Positions 30,697-40,755 of a DNA stretch of 64,000 nt are shown here, piece after piece. The stretch comes from Trueperaceae bacterium (GTDB taxonomy: Bacteria > Deinococcota > Deinococci > Deinococcales > Trueperaceae), in the NCBI GenBank assembly GCA_965214405.1, contig OZ243956.1, positions 4,320,001-4,384,000 of the forward strand, read 5' to 3'. Both the position numbers and the translations under genes were made by a program. Every line of letters begins with the position of its first letter. Position 1 is the stretch's first letter. Under the pieces are notes generated by a model that had not been told where the DNA came from, did not search any database, and saw only the letters and a program-made list of their open reading frames with translations.

Positions 30697-31335
30697 CTAT
30701 TCGTCCGTATCGAAACTGGAATCAAAGGGTAGCTCGAGGTGCTCATACAATCGCGCGACGCTCTTCCTTAACATCTCGACCTCGTTTCTGAGCCTGTCTA
30801 TTTCTTCTGTTTGCGACGCGGCGGGCCTGGCGCGCGGTTTTTGCTTTGTTTCGTCGCGGCCCAGCGTGTGCCCCCAGCGGTCTTGGCTCTGGCCGGGGCC
30901 GCGGCCAAAGTTTTTGGCGAGCGTGGGCTGGTGGGCCTCGAGCCGTCCCAGCGCCTCCTCGACCTCGCTCACGTCGTCAAAATAGACGTAGCGCTCGGTG
31001 CGGCTCCGCAACTCGCCGGGCGTCTGTTTGCCGCGGAGCATCAGGACGACCAGCACGGCCATCCCCTGCGCGCTGAGGTTTAGCGCCTCGTCCAGCTTGT
31101 GCTGGTGCTTGTACACGCGCTCGTTGGCGGCGCGCGTGGTGCTGACCAAGCCCTTGTCGCGGAGCGTCTGGAGCGTGCTCTCGACCTCGTCTTGGGAAAG
31201 CTCGAGCACGGGGTCGCGGTTCGTCCTCTGGTTGCACGCGCTAAGGAGTGAGTTGGTCGTGAGCGGGTAGAGGTCGGGCGTGGTGCGCTCTTTTTCCAAC
31301 AAACTGCCCAGTACCCGGATTTCGGCGTCGCTCAT
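30697..31335 (-). CDS. YceH/DUF480 family protein
   Basis: EIRVLGSLLEKERTTPDLYPLTTNSL..ACNQ.TNRDPV, LMLRGKQTPGELRSRTER. Confidence 0.93.
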   Translation of the reverse strand: MSDAEIRVLGSLLEKERTTPDLYPLTTNSLLSACNQRTNRDPVLELSQDEVESTLQTLRDKGLVSTTRAANERVYKHQHKLDEALNLSAQGMAVLVVLMLRGKQTPGELRSRTERYVYFDDVSEVEEALGRLEAHQPTLAKNFGRGPGQSQDRWGHTLGRDETKQKPRARPAASQTEEIDRLRNEVEMLRKSVARLYEHLELPFDSSFDTDE

Positions 31336-31436
31336 GGGTTTGAAAGGGTGCTAGGAAGTGTGATAAGGGTGGTGCAAACGTTCATGCTTAACTTTATCAT
31401 GCGGTGCTGGGCGGTTCTATTCAGTTTTCTAGGACA

Positions 31437-31543
31437 TAGCGGTTTTCACAAAGTTTGAACTTGTTTAGCGCACGTATCATCACCGTGACTACCTAAGGGA
31501 CAAAGTATGGACCACACTCGCTCAAGTTGGATTATTTTTGCTC
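31437..31543 (-). mobile_element. MITE-like repeat, copy 3 (diverged, opposite orientation)
   Basis: TAGCGGTTTTCA...GTTTAGCGCACGTATCATCACCGT...TATGGAC...CTCGCTCAA aligns with the reverse complement of copy 1. Confidence 0.65.
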
Positions 31544-31569
31544 ATACATCACCCATAGAGAGGCGAACT

Positions 31570-32127
31570 GTGAACGACTCAACCCAACCTACGCCAAGCG
31601 GAAAAAGTGCCCCCCCGGCCTCGTCAGAGCTCGAGGTCTGGCTGCGCGGCCCCGTTGAGGGGGTTCACCCGCTTCTGCAACCCGCCGCGCACGCGCTGCT
31701 CCAGGCGAGAGAAGAAGTAGAAGACGCTCTCAAGGATTTCCCAGACGATTTACTCTGGGAGCGGCCTGCGGGCGTGGCCTCGGTCGGGTTTCATCTGCAA
31801 CACTTGGCGGGCGTGATAGGGCGCCTTTTCACCTACGCTCGCGGCGAGAGTTTGAGCGAGGCGCAGCTCGAGGCTCTGGCGAGAGAGGGCGAGGCCCAAC
31901 CCGGCGACACGGTAGAGAGTTTGCTCGAGGCCTTTCGCGCTGGAGTAAACGCGGCGGTTGGGGCCTTGCGAACGAATGGGGGCGAGGGGCTGCTCGAGGC
32001 TCGGGTGGTGGGCCGGGCGCGTCTTCCCTCAACCGAGCTTGGGCTGCTGTTTCACGCAGCCGAGCACACGCAGCGGCATGTGGGGCAACTGTTGGTGACG
32101 GCGCGGGTGGTTAAGGGTGGGCTGTAA
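31570..32127 (+). CDS. DinB-family protein
   Basis: EVWLRGP, SVGFHLQHL, GLLFHAAEHTQRHVGQ; start moved to GTG 31570 because the ATG at 31507 lies inside the repeat. Confidence 0.88.
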   Translation: MNDSTQPTPSGKSAPPASSELEVWLRGPVEGVHPLLQPAAHALLQAREEVEDALKDFPDDLLWERPAGVASVGFHLQHLAGVIGRLFTYARGESLSEAQLEALAREGEAQPGDTVESLLEAFRAGVNAAVGALRTNGGEGLLEARVVGRARLPSTELGLLFHAAEHTQRHVGQLLVTARVVKGGL

Positions 32128-32219
32128 CACGCCAGCCGCACAGTTTAGGCGGTGAAGATTTTCACTTTTAGACTATTGGTTAGACTACCGGGTTGATGTC
32201 GACACCTCACGTTTATCAG

Positions 32220-32624
32220 TCAATCCCATAGAACCGTCACACCAGGAAACTTGCCAAGCTCTTCATCTCTACTGAGGATGGGAAGGCGTTCTGTAAGGGC
32301 CTGGCTGGCAAGGGCGCGGTCAAAGGGGTCTTTGTGGAGGTGCTGAAGCTCACCCTCTTTGAGCGCGTGGACGCTCGAGAAGGCCAGTTCAGTAAATCCG
32401 TAGCGGGCGAGCGTCGCGTGGTACGCCCCGAGAAGCGGCCCAGCTTCGGGTAATTTGCCCAAGCGGTGCTTGATGGAGAGTTCCCAGGCGGTGATGGCGG
32501 AAACATAGACACGCCGTTCACGCTCCCGGATGAGCGCAAGCGCGCGCTCGGGCAACCGTTCCGGTGAGGTGTCAAACCAGAGCAGCGCGTGTGTGTCGAG
32601 GAGCACGTCGGTGATTAGAGACAC
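32220..32624 (-). CDS. vapC: PIN-domain toxin
   Basis: LLDTHALLW, SAITAWELSIK, HKDPFDR. Confidence 0.93.
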   Translation of the reverse strand: MSLITDVLLDTHALLWFDTSPERLPERALALIRERERRVYVSAITAWELSIKHRLGKLPEAGPLLGAYHATLARYGFTELAFSSVHALKEGELQHLHKDPFDRALASQALTERLPILSRDEELGKFPGVTVLWD

Positions 32625-32651
32625 CGGGTTGGTACCAAATTAGTCACCAGG

Positions 32652-32909
32652 TCAGTCACCAAGCAGGTCTGACTCATACCACGCCGCCAGTTCGTCGTCG
32701 GCAAGAGGGGCAAGCGAGCGCGCCTCAAAATCCTCATGAAGTGCCTGACGGTGGTGACCCATAGGGCGCAGCGCGCCAGGCCCCTCTACCGGCACAAGCT
32801 TGACAAGAGGTTTGCCGTTGCGGGCGACGATGACTTCTTCACCTCGCAAGGCGCGTTCAACCAGCTTGGAAAAGTGGGTTTTAGCCTCGTGCATGTTGAC
32901 CTTGGTCAT
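32652..32909 (-). CDS. Phd/YefM antitoxin
   Basis: VNMHEAKTHFSKLVERA..GEEVIVARNGKPLVKLVP. Confidence 0.93.
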   Translation of the reverse strand: MTKVNMHEAKTHFSKLVERALRGEEVIVARNGKPLVKLVPVEGPGALRPMGHHRQALHEDFEARSLAPLADDELAAWYESDLLGD

Positions 32910-32996
32910 TGTGCCTCCTTAGCCCATACTAGCACGAGTGGACTAAGATGGACTTTATCATGCGTTCTCGAGGGTTTTTACCCTTCCCCCATATAA

Positions 32997-33032
32997 ATGA
33001 CACTTGTCACCCCAACGGCTTGATATTTGGCA
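32997..33032 (+). promoter_or_regulatory. DesR-type operator (palindrome plus second site)
   Basis: ATGACACTTGTCAC, then TGATATTTGGCA starting 23 nt after the first TGA; -10 CATACT at 33057-33062. Confidence 0.7.
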
Positions 33033-33083
33033 GTGGGCGGCCTCTCTCTAAACGCGCATACTGACCGTGTAAAGGAGGTCAGG

Positions 33084-34055
33084 ATGACAAGTTTTCAACA
33101 CGCAACACCTCAGACTAAAAGGCGCGAATTTGGACTAAATGAAGCCGCAGCGTCTATTGCCGAACTCACCAACGTCAGCAAAACCTACGGCGAGGTGCAG
33201 GCGCTTCGTAACGTCAGCTTTAGCGTCCGCGCGGGGGAGGTGGTGGCGGTGTTGGGACCCAACGGCGCGGGCAAAACGACGGCGGTCAGCCTCCTGCTCG
33301 GGCTGCTCCGCCCGACGGCGGGCGCGGCGAGGCTTTTTGGCGAGGACCCGCAGGATATTCAGACCCGCACCCGCGTGGGCGCGATGCTGCAACTTTCGGG
33401 CGTGCCCGAGACGGTGAGGGTGAGGGAGCACATCGCGCTCTTTTCAAGCTACTACCCCAACCCGCTGAGCCTCAAGGAAACGCTTCAGGCGGCTGACCTT
33501 GTGGGGCTCGAAGGGCGCCTTTACGGCAAGCTCTCGGGCGGCCAAAAGCAGCGGCTGCACTTAGCCCTCGCGCTCTGCGGAAACCCCGACCTGCTCTTTT
33601 TGGACGAACCCACCACCGGCCTGGATGTGGAGGCGAGGCGCGCGCTGTGGGAGCGGGTGCGCGGCTTTATCGCCTCAGGGCGGACGGTGGTCTTGACGAC
33701 GCACTATTTAGAGGAGGCCGACGCGCTGGCCGACCGCATCATCGTCATCAACAAGGGCGAAAAGATTGCCGAGGGCACGCCCGCTGAAATAAAATCTCGC
33801 ACGGCGGGGCGACGGATTCGCTGCGTCACCAGGGTGAGCCCGGACGAAGTGAGGGGTCTCGCAGGCGTGACCTCGGTTATGGCGCAAGGAGCGGCGCTGG
33901 AGATTCTGGCAACCGAAGCCGAGCCCGTGGTGCTGGCGCTCTTGCAGCGTGACCCCGATCTGCGCGACCTGGAAGTGACGGGGGCGGGGCTCGAGGATGC
34001 TTTCTTGGCTCTCACCCAAAACAAAACACAAGCTCAAAAAGGAGTTCCCGCATGA
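33084..34055 (+). CDS. ABC-2 exporter ATP-binding subunit (YvfR-like)
   Basis: GPNGAGKTT, LSGGQKQR, DEPTTGLD, TTHYLEEA; SD AAGGAGG before ATG 33084. Confidence 0.93.
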   Translation: MTSFQHATPQTKRREFGLNEAAASIAELTNVSKTYGEVQALRNVSFSVRAGEVVAVLGPNGAGKTTAVSLLLGLLRPTAGAARLFGEDPQDIQTRTRVGAMLQLSGVPETVRVREHIALFSSYYPNPLSLKETLQAADLVGLEGRLYGKLSGGQKQRLHLALALCGNPDLLFLDEPTTGLDVEARRALWERVRGFIASGRTVVLTTHYLEEADALADRIIVINKGEKIAEGTPAEIKSRTAGRRIRCVTRVSPDEVRGLAGVTSVMAQGAALEILATEAEPVVLALLQRDPDLRDLEVTGAGLEDAFLALTQNKTQAQKGVPA

Positions 34056-34852
34056 CCCACGCACGTTCAACCGCCGCGGCAGCCCCCAAACGCAATCTGG
34101 CGCGTATTTATGCGCTCGAGGCCAAAACTGAATTCCTAAAACTTTGGCGCTTGCCCGCCTACTCGGTCGCCACCCTCGTGTTCCCGCTCATGTTTTACGT
34201 GATTTTCGGCTCCGCCTTTGGCGGCGAGTCGGCGGGTCCGGTGTCTATAAGCACCTACATGCTCGCCACCTACGGCGCGTTCGGCGTGATTGCGGCGGCG
34301 CTCTTCGGCTTCGGCGTGGGCATTTCGGTGGAGCGCGGGCAGGGCTGGATGCGCCTAAAACGCGCCTCGCCGATGCCGCCCTTGGCTTACTTTGTCGCCA
34401 AAATGGTCATGGCGCTTCTTTTTAGCGCGATTGTCGTCCTGGCGCTCTTTCTCTTTGGCGCGCTTCTCTACGGGGTGAGGCTGTCCTTGGGCACCTGGGC
34501 CGCGCTTTTCGGCACGCTCCTCGCCGGGGTTTTGCCTTTTTGCGCGATGGGGTTGGCGTTCGGCTACCTGCTGGGTCCCAATTCCGCGCCGCAGGTCATC
34601 AACCTTGTCTATTTGCCGATGGCCTTTGCCTCGGGGCTGTGGCTGCCCATCGAGCAGTTGCCGGGTTTTCTCCAGCACCTAGCGCCCTACCTGCCGCCGT
34701 ACCACTACGTGCAACTCGCGCTGGGCACCTTTGGCGCGAGTCGGGACGGCGCGACCGGACTTCACTTGGCCGCGCTGCTCGGTTTTACCGTGGTTTTTCT
34801 CGTCGTCGCGGTGTGGGCGTACCGGCGCGACGAGGGCAAGACGTACGGCTGA
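34052..34852 (+). CDS. ABC-2 exporter permease (YvfS-like)
   Basis: 6 TM, ER..GW...KRASPMP, SGLWLPI..LP. Confidence 0.9.
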   Translation: MTHARSTAAAAPKRNLARIYALEAKTEFLKLWRLPAYSVATLVFPLMFYVIFGSAFGGESAGPVSISTYMLATYGAFGVIAAALFGFGVGISVERGQGWMRLKRASPMPPLAYFVAKMVMALLFSAIVVLALFLFGALLYGVRLSLGTWAALFGTLLAGVLPFCAMGLAFGYLLGPNSAPQVINLVYLPMAFASGLWLPIEQLPGFLQHLAPYLPPYHYVQLALGTFGASRDGATGLHLAALLGFTVVFLVVAVWAYRRDEGKTYG

Positions 34853-34953
34853 GATTATTAGTCACTAAGGCTCGAGCAGGGCGTAAAGCTTTAAGAACCA
34901 CAAGATTTACGGTTATATGACGTGAGGGCCTCGAGCCCTCTAAGGAGGTAAAT

Positions 34954-36186
34954 ATGCAAGTCAAATTAAAGTTCATCATGCTGCTCGTCGTAGCCGCGTT
35001 TTCTCTAACGTTCGCGCAAGGAGAAGTCGCCAGAGAAGCGCTCACCATCGACTTCGGAGACTTCCAAACCCAAGCTGAACTCACCTATCCCGCGCAGGGC
35101 AACGGCCCCTTTCCGACCGTCGTCTTGATTCACGGCTCGGGTCCCGAGGATATGGACGCCGCGATTTTTGGCTTTGGTGCGGACAACCAGCCCGTGCTCC
35201 TCTCGTCCATCTTTGGGGACATCTCGGACCACCTGAGCGCGCACGGCTTCGCGGTGCTGCGCTACAACAAGCACTACGTGACGGGGCCGGGAGAGGCGGA
35301 TTTTAGGAAGTTTTACACCCAACTCGACTTGCCGCAGATGCTCGCCGACTCGGAAAAAGTCTTGGACGCAGCCGAAGCAAATCCCAAAGTGGATAAGCAG
35401 CGCGTGTTCCTCTACGGCTGGAGCGAGGGGAGCACGGTGGCGGCGGCGTTGGCGGCGAAACGTCCTGAACTGGCCGGTTTAATCGTCCAGGGTCCCGTTG
35501 TCGAATCCTGGCGCGACCTGTTTCTTTATCAGATTCTCGACGTCGGCTTGCCCTACGTGCGCCAAGGCTCGCCTGATGGGCAGGTGACGGTAGACACGTT
35601 GAGAACGTTGCAAGCAGGGGACGGCGGCATGGTCGCCAAGGGCATTCTCTACTATATCGGCGACCCCGTCAGCCTTCAGCAAGGGAAGCTGGCAGTCAAT
35701 CCCGCGCTCGACACGGACCGGGACGGAACGTTGGAAGCGGATGAACTGACGCTCGAGGCGCTCGAGACGCTTGTGGACGGTCACTTCAGCCCACAAGGGT
35801 TCGCGGCTATCTACACACCCGAGCGCGCGCTACCCGACCTCGGCGAGCAAGCGCCCAACCTCACGATGCCCGTGCTCATCCTCCAGGGGGCCAACGACGC
35901 CAACGTTCCGGCGAGTGGGGCGCAGGCGCTGAATGCGGAGTTGGAGCGCGTGGGCAACCCCGACCACACGCTAAACCTGTACCCAGGCTTGGGGCACTCG
36001 CTGGGGGAAACGAGGAGCGTCATCACGGACAACTTCGAGCCCATCGCGCAGCCTCCCTTAGAAGACTTGGTGGCGTGGTTGGAGGCGCGTTCTGGAGGTA
36101 ACAGCGGTCGTACGGGCGTTCAAAGCGGGGGTGCTGGTGGTGACGGTGACAGCGGTGGTGACACTGGCGGCTACAGTGGCGGCTAG
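34954..36186 (+). CDS. Secreted alpha/beta serine hydrolase
   Basis: Signal peptide, HGSGPED, GWSEG nucleophile elbow, LQGANDANV, YPGLGH; EF-hand-like loop; Gly-rich tail. Confidence 0.88.
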   Translation: MQVKLKFIMLLVVAAFSLTFAQGEVAREALTIDFGDFQTQAELTYPAQGNGPFPTVVLIHGSGPEDMDAAIFGFGADNQPVLLSSIFGDISDHLSAHGFAVLRYNKHYVTGPGEADFRKFYTQLDLPQMLADSEKVLDAAEANPKVDKQRVFLYGWSEGSTVAAALAAKRPELAGLIVQGPVVESWRDLFLYQILDVGLPYVRQGSPDGQVTVDTLRTLQAGDGGMVAKGILYYIGDPVSLQQGKLAVNPALDTDRDGTLEADELTLEALETLVDGHFSPQGFAAIYTPERALPDLGEQAPNLTMPVLILQGANDANVPASGAQALNAELERVGNPDHTLNLYPGLGHSLGETRSVITDNFEPIAQPPLEDLVAWLEARSGGNSGRTGVQSGGAGGDGDSGGDTGGYSGG

Positions 36187-36226
36187 GGTCGCGCTTGCGT
36201 TCGGCTGAGGCTCTACAATAAACGCT

Positions 36227-37378
36227 ATGTTCGCCTCCATCTCACCTAAAAAGATTGGCTGGGAGCCCTACCTTTACCTCATCTACCTGGGCTTTTTCTT
36301 CCTTCAGCCCATCTTCGACCCGTCGTTTGGCACCCTAAAATGGCTTGCTACTTTGGGGACGGTGGCTCTTTTCTTACCTCTCTATTTACGGGCTTTCGGG
36401 CAGCGAGGCTTTCCAAAACTCTATGCGGTCGTCGTCATGGTCGTGTTGGGTTTTGTGTCGGTTCAGTTTTTTAACACGGGCGGCACGGTCTTTTTTATCT
36501 ACGCGGCGGCTGCGGCTGCCTATGTGGGGAGGCCGCGCCTCGTGCTGCGGGTGCTGCTGGGGGTTCTCGCGGCGCTCGTGGTCGCCTTTGCGTTGTCGCC
36601 CCTGCCGCTGCCGGACCGTCTTTGGATGTTCGTGTGGCCTTTTTTATTTTCGCCTATGGTCGCCGCGCTCAACACCTTCCAGCTCGAGCGCGAACACAAT
36701 AACGCCAAGCTGCTCAGGGCGCAAGACGAAATCGAGCGCTTGGCGACCGTGGCCGAACGCGAGCGCATCGCGCGCGATCTTCACGACTTGCTGGGCCACA
36801 CGCTCTCGGTGATTACGCTCAAGGCCGAGCTGGCCGCCAAACTTGTCCAACACGACCCGGCTCGAGCCGAAGGGGAGATGCGCGACGTCGAGCGCATTTC
36901 CAGAGACGCGTTATCAGAGGTGCGGAGCGCGGTGCGGGGCTACCGGGCGCAGGGGCTTGAGGGGGAACTGGTAAGCGCCAGGGTGATGCTGGAAACCGCG
37001 CAAATCACCTTTGACTACTACGCCGAACCCTTAACGCTCTCGCCCGTGCAAGAGGCCACGCTCTCGCTGGCCCTGCGCGAGGCGGTGACCAACGTGGTTC
37101 GGCACGCGGGCGCGTCGCGCTGCGCGGTGCGGTTGCGGCAAGACGGAGCGCAAGAGGGGGTGGTATTGGAGGTCCAGGATGACGGCTGCGGCGGCGACGC
37201 GCCTCCAGGCTCCGGGCTCTCCGGGATGCGCGAGCGGGTGGGGGCGCTGGGCGGACGCGTGACGCGTGAGGCCAAGGGCGGCACCCACCTCACCGTCTTT
37301 TTACCCGCTGCGACGACTGACGCGTCATCTGAAAGCGCGTTTGACAGAACCTGCGCTCCCGCGCCTCGCACCGCATGA
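36227..37378 (+). CDS. DesK-like HisKA_3 sensor kinase
   Basis: ~5 TM, ERERIARDLHDLLGHTLS, REAVTNVVRH, DDGCG; ATG 7 nt after TACAAT. Confidence 0.93.
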   Translation: MFASISPKKIGWEPYLYLIYLGFFFLQPIFDPSFGTLKWLATLGTVALFLPLYLRAFGQRGFPKLYAVVVMVVLGFVSVQFFNTGGTVFFIYAAAAAAYVGRPRLVLRVLLGVLAALVVAFALSPLPLPDRLWMFVWPFLFSPMVAALNTFQLEREHNNAKLLRAQDEIERLATVAERERIARDLHDLLGHTLSVITLKAELAAKLVQHDPARAEGEMRDVERISRDALSEVRSAVRGYRAQGLEGELVSARVMLETAQITFDYYAEPLTLSPVQEATLSLALREAVTNVVRHAGASRCAVRLRQDGAQEGVVLEVQDDGCGGDAPPGSGLSGMRERVGALGGRVTREAKGGTHLTVFLPAATTDASSESAFDRTCAPAPRTA

Positions 37379-37977
37379 TTCGCGTGCTTATCGCCGAAGA
37401 TCAGGGGATGGTGCTGGGCGCGCTCGCGGCGCTTTTGGAGCTAGAGGGCGACATCGAGGTGGTGGCGCAGGCCAAAGACGGGGCGGAAGCCCTGGCGCTC
37501 GCGCAAACGCACCAGCCGGACGTGCTGCTAACCGATATTGAGATGCCCAAGATGACGGGGCTCGAGCTGGCTGCCGAAGTCAAAAGAGAGTTGCCCAAAA
37601 CCCGCGTTATCATCCTCACGACCTTCGCGCGCGGCGGCTACTTGCGCCGCGCGCTCACCGCGGGGGCGTCGGGCTACTTACTCAAAGACGCGCCCGCGCG
37701 CGAGCTCGCCGAGGCGGTGCGCCGCGTGAACGCAGGGGGCCGCGCCGTGGACCCCGAGTTGGCCGCCGAGGCCTGGGGCGAGCCCGACCCGCTGACCGAC
37801 CGCGAAAGGCAGGTGTTGCGTTTAGCGGGGCAGGGGAGAACGAGCGCGGACATCGCTGCGACGTTGGAGCTTTCGGACGGCACGGTGCGAAACTACCTCT
37901 CCGAGGCCATCAGCAAGCTCGGCGCGGGTAACCGGGTCGAGGCGGCGCGGATTGCTCGTGAAAAAGGCTGGCTGTAA
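37375..37977 (+). CDS. DesR-like NarL/LuxR response regulator
   Basis: IAEDQGMVLGAL, DIEMP, LTTFAR.GYLRRA, GTVRNYLSEAI.K. Confidence 0.95.
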   Translation: MIRVLIAEDQGMVLGALAALLELEGDIEVVAQAKDGAEALALAQTHQPDVLLTDIEMPKMTGLELAAEVKRELPKTRVIILTTFARGGYLRRALTAGASGYLLKDAPARELAEAVRRVNAGGRAVDPELAAEAWGEPDPLTDRERQVLRLAGQGRTSADIAATLELSDGTVRNYLSEAISKLGAGNRVEAARIAREKGWL

Positions 37978-38059
37978 CCTGAAGGCGTAGCTTTAACCTG
38001 AAGGCGTTCTTTTGTCGTTCAGGACATCTTCTCACCGAAGGTGTTAGTATACTCCTGCT

Positions 38060-38584
38060 ATGACCATCAGACCATTCACCAAAACCAAGCTATCCATCTT
38101 TGCCCTCGCCCTAACCCTCCTCCTCGCCCTCTTCTGGATGACGTCCAACTTAAGCGCGCAAGAGGGCGGCACGCGCCTTGTTTACGTGAACTCTCGTGAG
38201 GCTGTCGCGTCGCGTCCCGAGTGGGCCAACATACAGGCGCTTCAGACGCAAGCCCAAACTGAACTTGGCGGTCTTCAGGACCAGTTGCAGGTACTTCAAG
38301 ACAAAGCCAACTCCGGCCAAGCCCTCACCACCCAAGAACGTGAAACGGGGACGACGCTCCAACAGACGCTCATCGCCACCCAGCAGCGCTGGCAGGAAGA
38401 CATCGCCGCGGCGACGGAGCCCGCGGTCGCCGCCGTGCAGGCCGCTATCGAAGCGGTTGCCCAGGAGAACGGCTACGACCTCGTGCTTGACGGCGCTGTG
38501 GCGGGTCAGTCCGGCATCAACTTAGTAGTCTACGCCAACGACAGTTTGAACATCACCCAGCAGGTGATCGAGCGCGTTCGTTAA
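38060..38584 (+). CDS. skp: OmpH/Skp periplasmic chaperone
   Basis: Signal peptide, LVYVN, coiled coil, VAQENGYDLVLD...VVYA...NITQQVI. Confidence 0.82.
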   Translation: MTIRPFTKTKLSIFALALTLLLALFWMTSNLSAQEGGTRLVYVNSREAVASRPEWANIQALQTQAQTELGGLQDQLQVLQDKANSGQALTTQERETGTTLQQTLIATQQRWQEDIAAATEPAVAAVQAAIEAVAQENGYDLVLDGAVAGQSGINLVVYANDSLNITQQVIERVR

Positions 38585-38616
38585 TCTTCGAGATTAAACT
38601 CTGTGGGAGCGTCGGC

Positions 38617-39366
38617 TTAGCCTTCGCTCCCTTTTTTTTGCGCCTTCCGCAATCCTTCCAAAAATCTCCTGTCGTCCTCTGTGAGGGGGGCGGTTTTCAG
38701 CAAGTCCGGGCGGCGCTCGAGCGTCCGTTTCAGCGCCTCCTCCCGCCGCCAGCGGGTGATGTTGGCGTGGTGACCGCTGGTAAGCACCTCCGGGATACCC
38801 ACGCCCGCGTGCTCGCTGGGGCGGGTGTACTCAGGATAGTCGAGCAGCCCCGTCGTAAAGGAATCCTGCGCGTGGCTCTCGGCGTCACCCAGCACGCCCG
38901 GCAGGAGTCTGGCGGTCGCCTCGATGAGCGCGAGCGCCGCCACCTCGCCGCCCATCAGCACAAAGTCGCCGACGCTCACCTCCCGCGTCACCAGCCCCTC
39001 GACGCGCGCGTCGAAGCCTTCGTAGCGGCCACAAAGGAGGAGGAGGTGCGTTTTTTGGGCGAATTCTTCGGCCAAGGCCTGCGTGAGGGGTTCGCCCGCC
39101 GGGGAGAGGAGGATGGTCTCGTCGGGCGGCGGCTCGTCCTGCGCGGCTTCGGTAAGCGCGCTCGCCGCCACGTCCACCCGGATGACCATGCCCGCCCCGC
39201 CGCCGTAGGGCGCGTCGTCCACGCTCCGGTGTTTGTTATGCGCGTGGTCGCGCAGGTCGCGCACCTCAAATGACACCAGCCCACGCTCCACCGCGCGGCC
39301 TAAGAGTGCTTCGCGTGTCCAGGGCTCGAGCAGCGAAGGAAAAAGCGTGTAGACGGTGTATTTCAT
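38617..39366 (-). CDS. trmD: tRNA (guanine37-N1)-methyltransferase
   Basis: [39 protein letters not shown]. Confidence 0.98.
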   Translation of the reverse strand: MKYTVYTLFPSLLEPWTREALLGRAVERGLVSFEVRDLRDHAHNKHRSVDDAPYGGGAGMVIRVDVAASALTEAAQDEPPPDETILLSPAGEPLTQALAEEFAQKTHLLLLCGRYEGFDARVEGLVTREVSVGDFVLMGGEVAALALIEATARLLPGVLGDAESHAQDSFTTGLLDYPEYTRPSEHAGVGIPEVLTSGHHANITRWRREEALKRTLERRPDLLKTAPLTEDDRRFLEGLRKAQKKGSEG

Positions 39367-39543
39367 TCGTTCACGTGACGTAGATTTTGGACGAAATTGA
39401 GGAGTGAGGAAGTACCGGGTACCGAGTGGAAAGTAGAAAGTGACGTCAAAAGTTGCTCCCCCACGCCCTACGTCCTCTGCTCCCTACTCAAAAGCGTGTG
39501 TGAGAAAGGCTGGCAAGGTAGCTGCTGTGAATCTACTGGAAGT

Positions 39544-40077
39544 TCACTGCGGTCGGTGCAGCTCAAAAAGTCCCTCGGGCGCGTCTAAGATAGCGACGCC
39601 CTCTTCACTCAGGTGAACATAATCGGCTTGGAGCGGGACCAAAATTTCTTCACCGTCACGTTCGACAATCAGCAAATCCTGACCGCCCGCCTCTATAAAA
39701 TCCATGACCTCACCAAACGCTTCTCCGTCTACCATAACGGGCAAGCCGATGAGCAGGTCGATATAAACGTCGCCTTCTTTGGGTGGCGGCAGGGCGTCGG
39801 GCGGGGCGTAGAGAGCGCGGTTCACGAGAGATTTGGCCGACTCGACGGTGGGAACGCCCTCGAGATACACAATAAGCTGTTCCCCAACGACGCGCACGCG
39901 CTTTACAGCTCTTTTCCCCAGCCCCTCGACGAACACCTCTTCCAGCGCGCGGACGGCTCCTCTTTCGGCGTTGCCCAGTCCGTAGAAGCGCAGGCCCCCC
40001 TCGAGCTGAAACGTCTTGCCAAACTGACCCAGCAGCACGGCGTCTTCTGGAAGTGTCGTGTCAAGGCGGTCCATCAC
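39544..40077 (-). CDS. rimM: Ribosome maturation factor RimM
   Basis: Position in the rpsP-khpA-rimM-trmD cluster; DLLIGLPV, G.QDLL.V, EILVPL. Confidence 0.85.
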   Translation of the reverse strand: MMDRLDTTLPEDAVLLGQFGKTFQLEGGLRFYGLGNAERGAVRALEEVFVEGLGKRAVKRVRVVGEQLIVYLEGVPTVESAKSLVNRALYAPPDALPPPKEGDVYIDLLIGLPVMVDGEAFGEVMDFIEAGGQDLLIVERDGEEILVPLQADYVHLSEEGVAILDAPEGLFELHRPQ

Positions 40078-40123
40078 GCGTCTATTAGGATTTTCTCGGT
40101 TGATAGGGTGTCAAAAGTGTCTG

Positions 40124-40354
40124 TCAATCAATGAGCTGGACTTCAATGCGCTGCCGCCCGTCCGAGGCGGCGCGGGCGAGCGTGCGGATGCTGTTGATGA
40201 CGCGCCCGCCGCGCCCGATGATGCGCCCCGTGTCGCTCTTCGCGCAGCGGATTTCGATGCGCGTGCCCCGCGGATCGCGCTGCGCGCCAATCACGAGTTC
40301 TTCGGGCACCTCCACGAGGTGCTGAACGATGAAAGTGACGAGCTCGAGCGCCAT
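40124..40354 (-). CDS. khpA: KH-domain RNA-binding protein
   Basis: DTGRIIGRGGRVINSIRTL. Confidence 0.92.
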   Translation of the reverse strand: MALELVTFIVQHLVEVPEELVIGAQRDPRGTRIEIRCAKSDTGRIIGRGGRVINSIRTLARAASDGRQRIEVQLID

Positions 40355-40362
40355 CTTACCCT

Positions 40363-40686
40363 TTAAGCCCCGGCTGTCTGGGTTTGGGAACCCGCCTGAA
40401 CGCGCTCGGTATAGCCTTTGGAGCGCTTTTCCATCACCTTACCGACGTCGACGCCCGCCTGCTCTAACAGCCGAATCGCCGTGCCCGTGGGCTGCGCGCC
40501 CTCGCCGAGCCAGTATTGCGCGCGCTCGTTGTCGATTTTCAGCGGCGTCTCGACCGTTTTGCGCGGGTCGTAGTAGCCGAGCGACTCGATGTAGTCAGCC
40601 GAACGCTTTTTGCGCGCGTCCACCACCACCACGCGGTAGTGCGGGTTTTTCTTCGCGCCCATGCGCATAAGACGAATTTTTACCAT
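40363..40686 (-). CDS. rpsP: 30S ribosomal protein S16
   Basis: [23 protein letters not shown]; start moved to ATG 40686. Confidence 0.98.
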   Translation of the reverse strand: MVKIRLMRMGAKKNPHYRVVVVDARKKRSADYIESLGYYDPRKTVETPLKIDNERAQYWLGEGAQPTGTAIRLLEQAGVDVGKVMEKRSKGYTERVQAGSQTQTAGA

Positions 40687-40755
40687 CACAAACCTTCTTT
40701 CGTTGAATATCTGTTGCAGTTTTAGGACTGCCAAAGAGCTTACTATACACCATCG

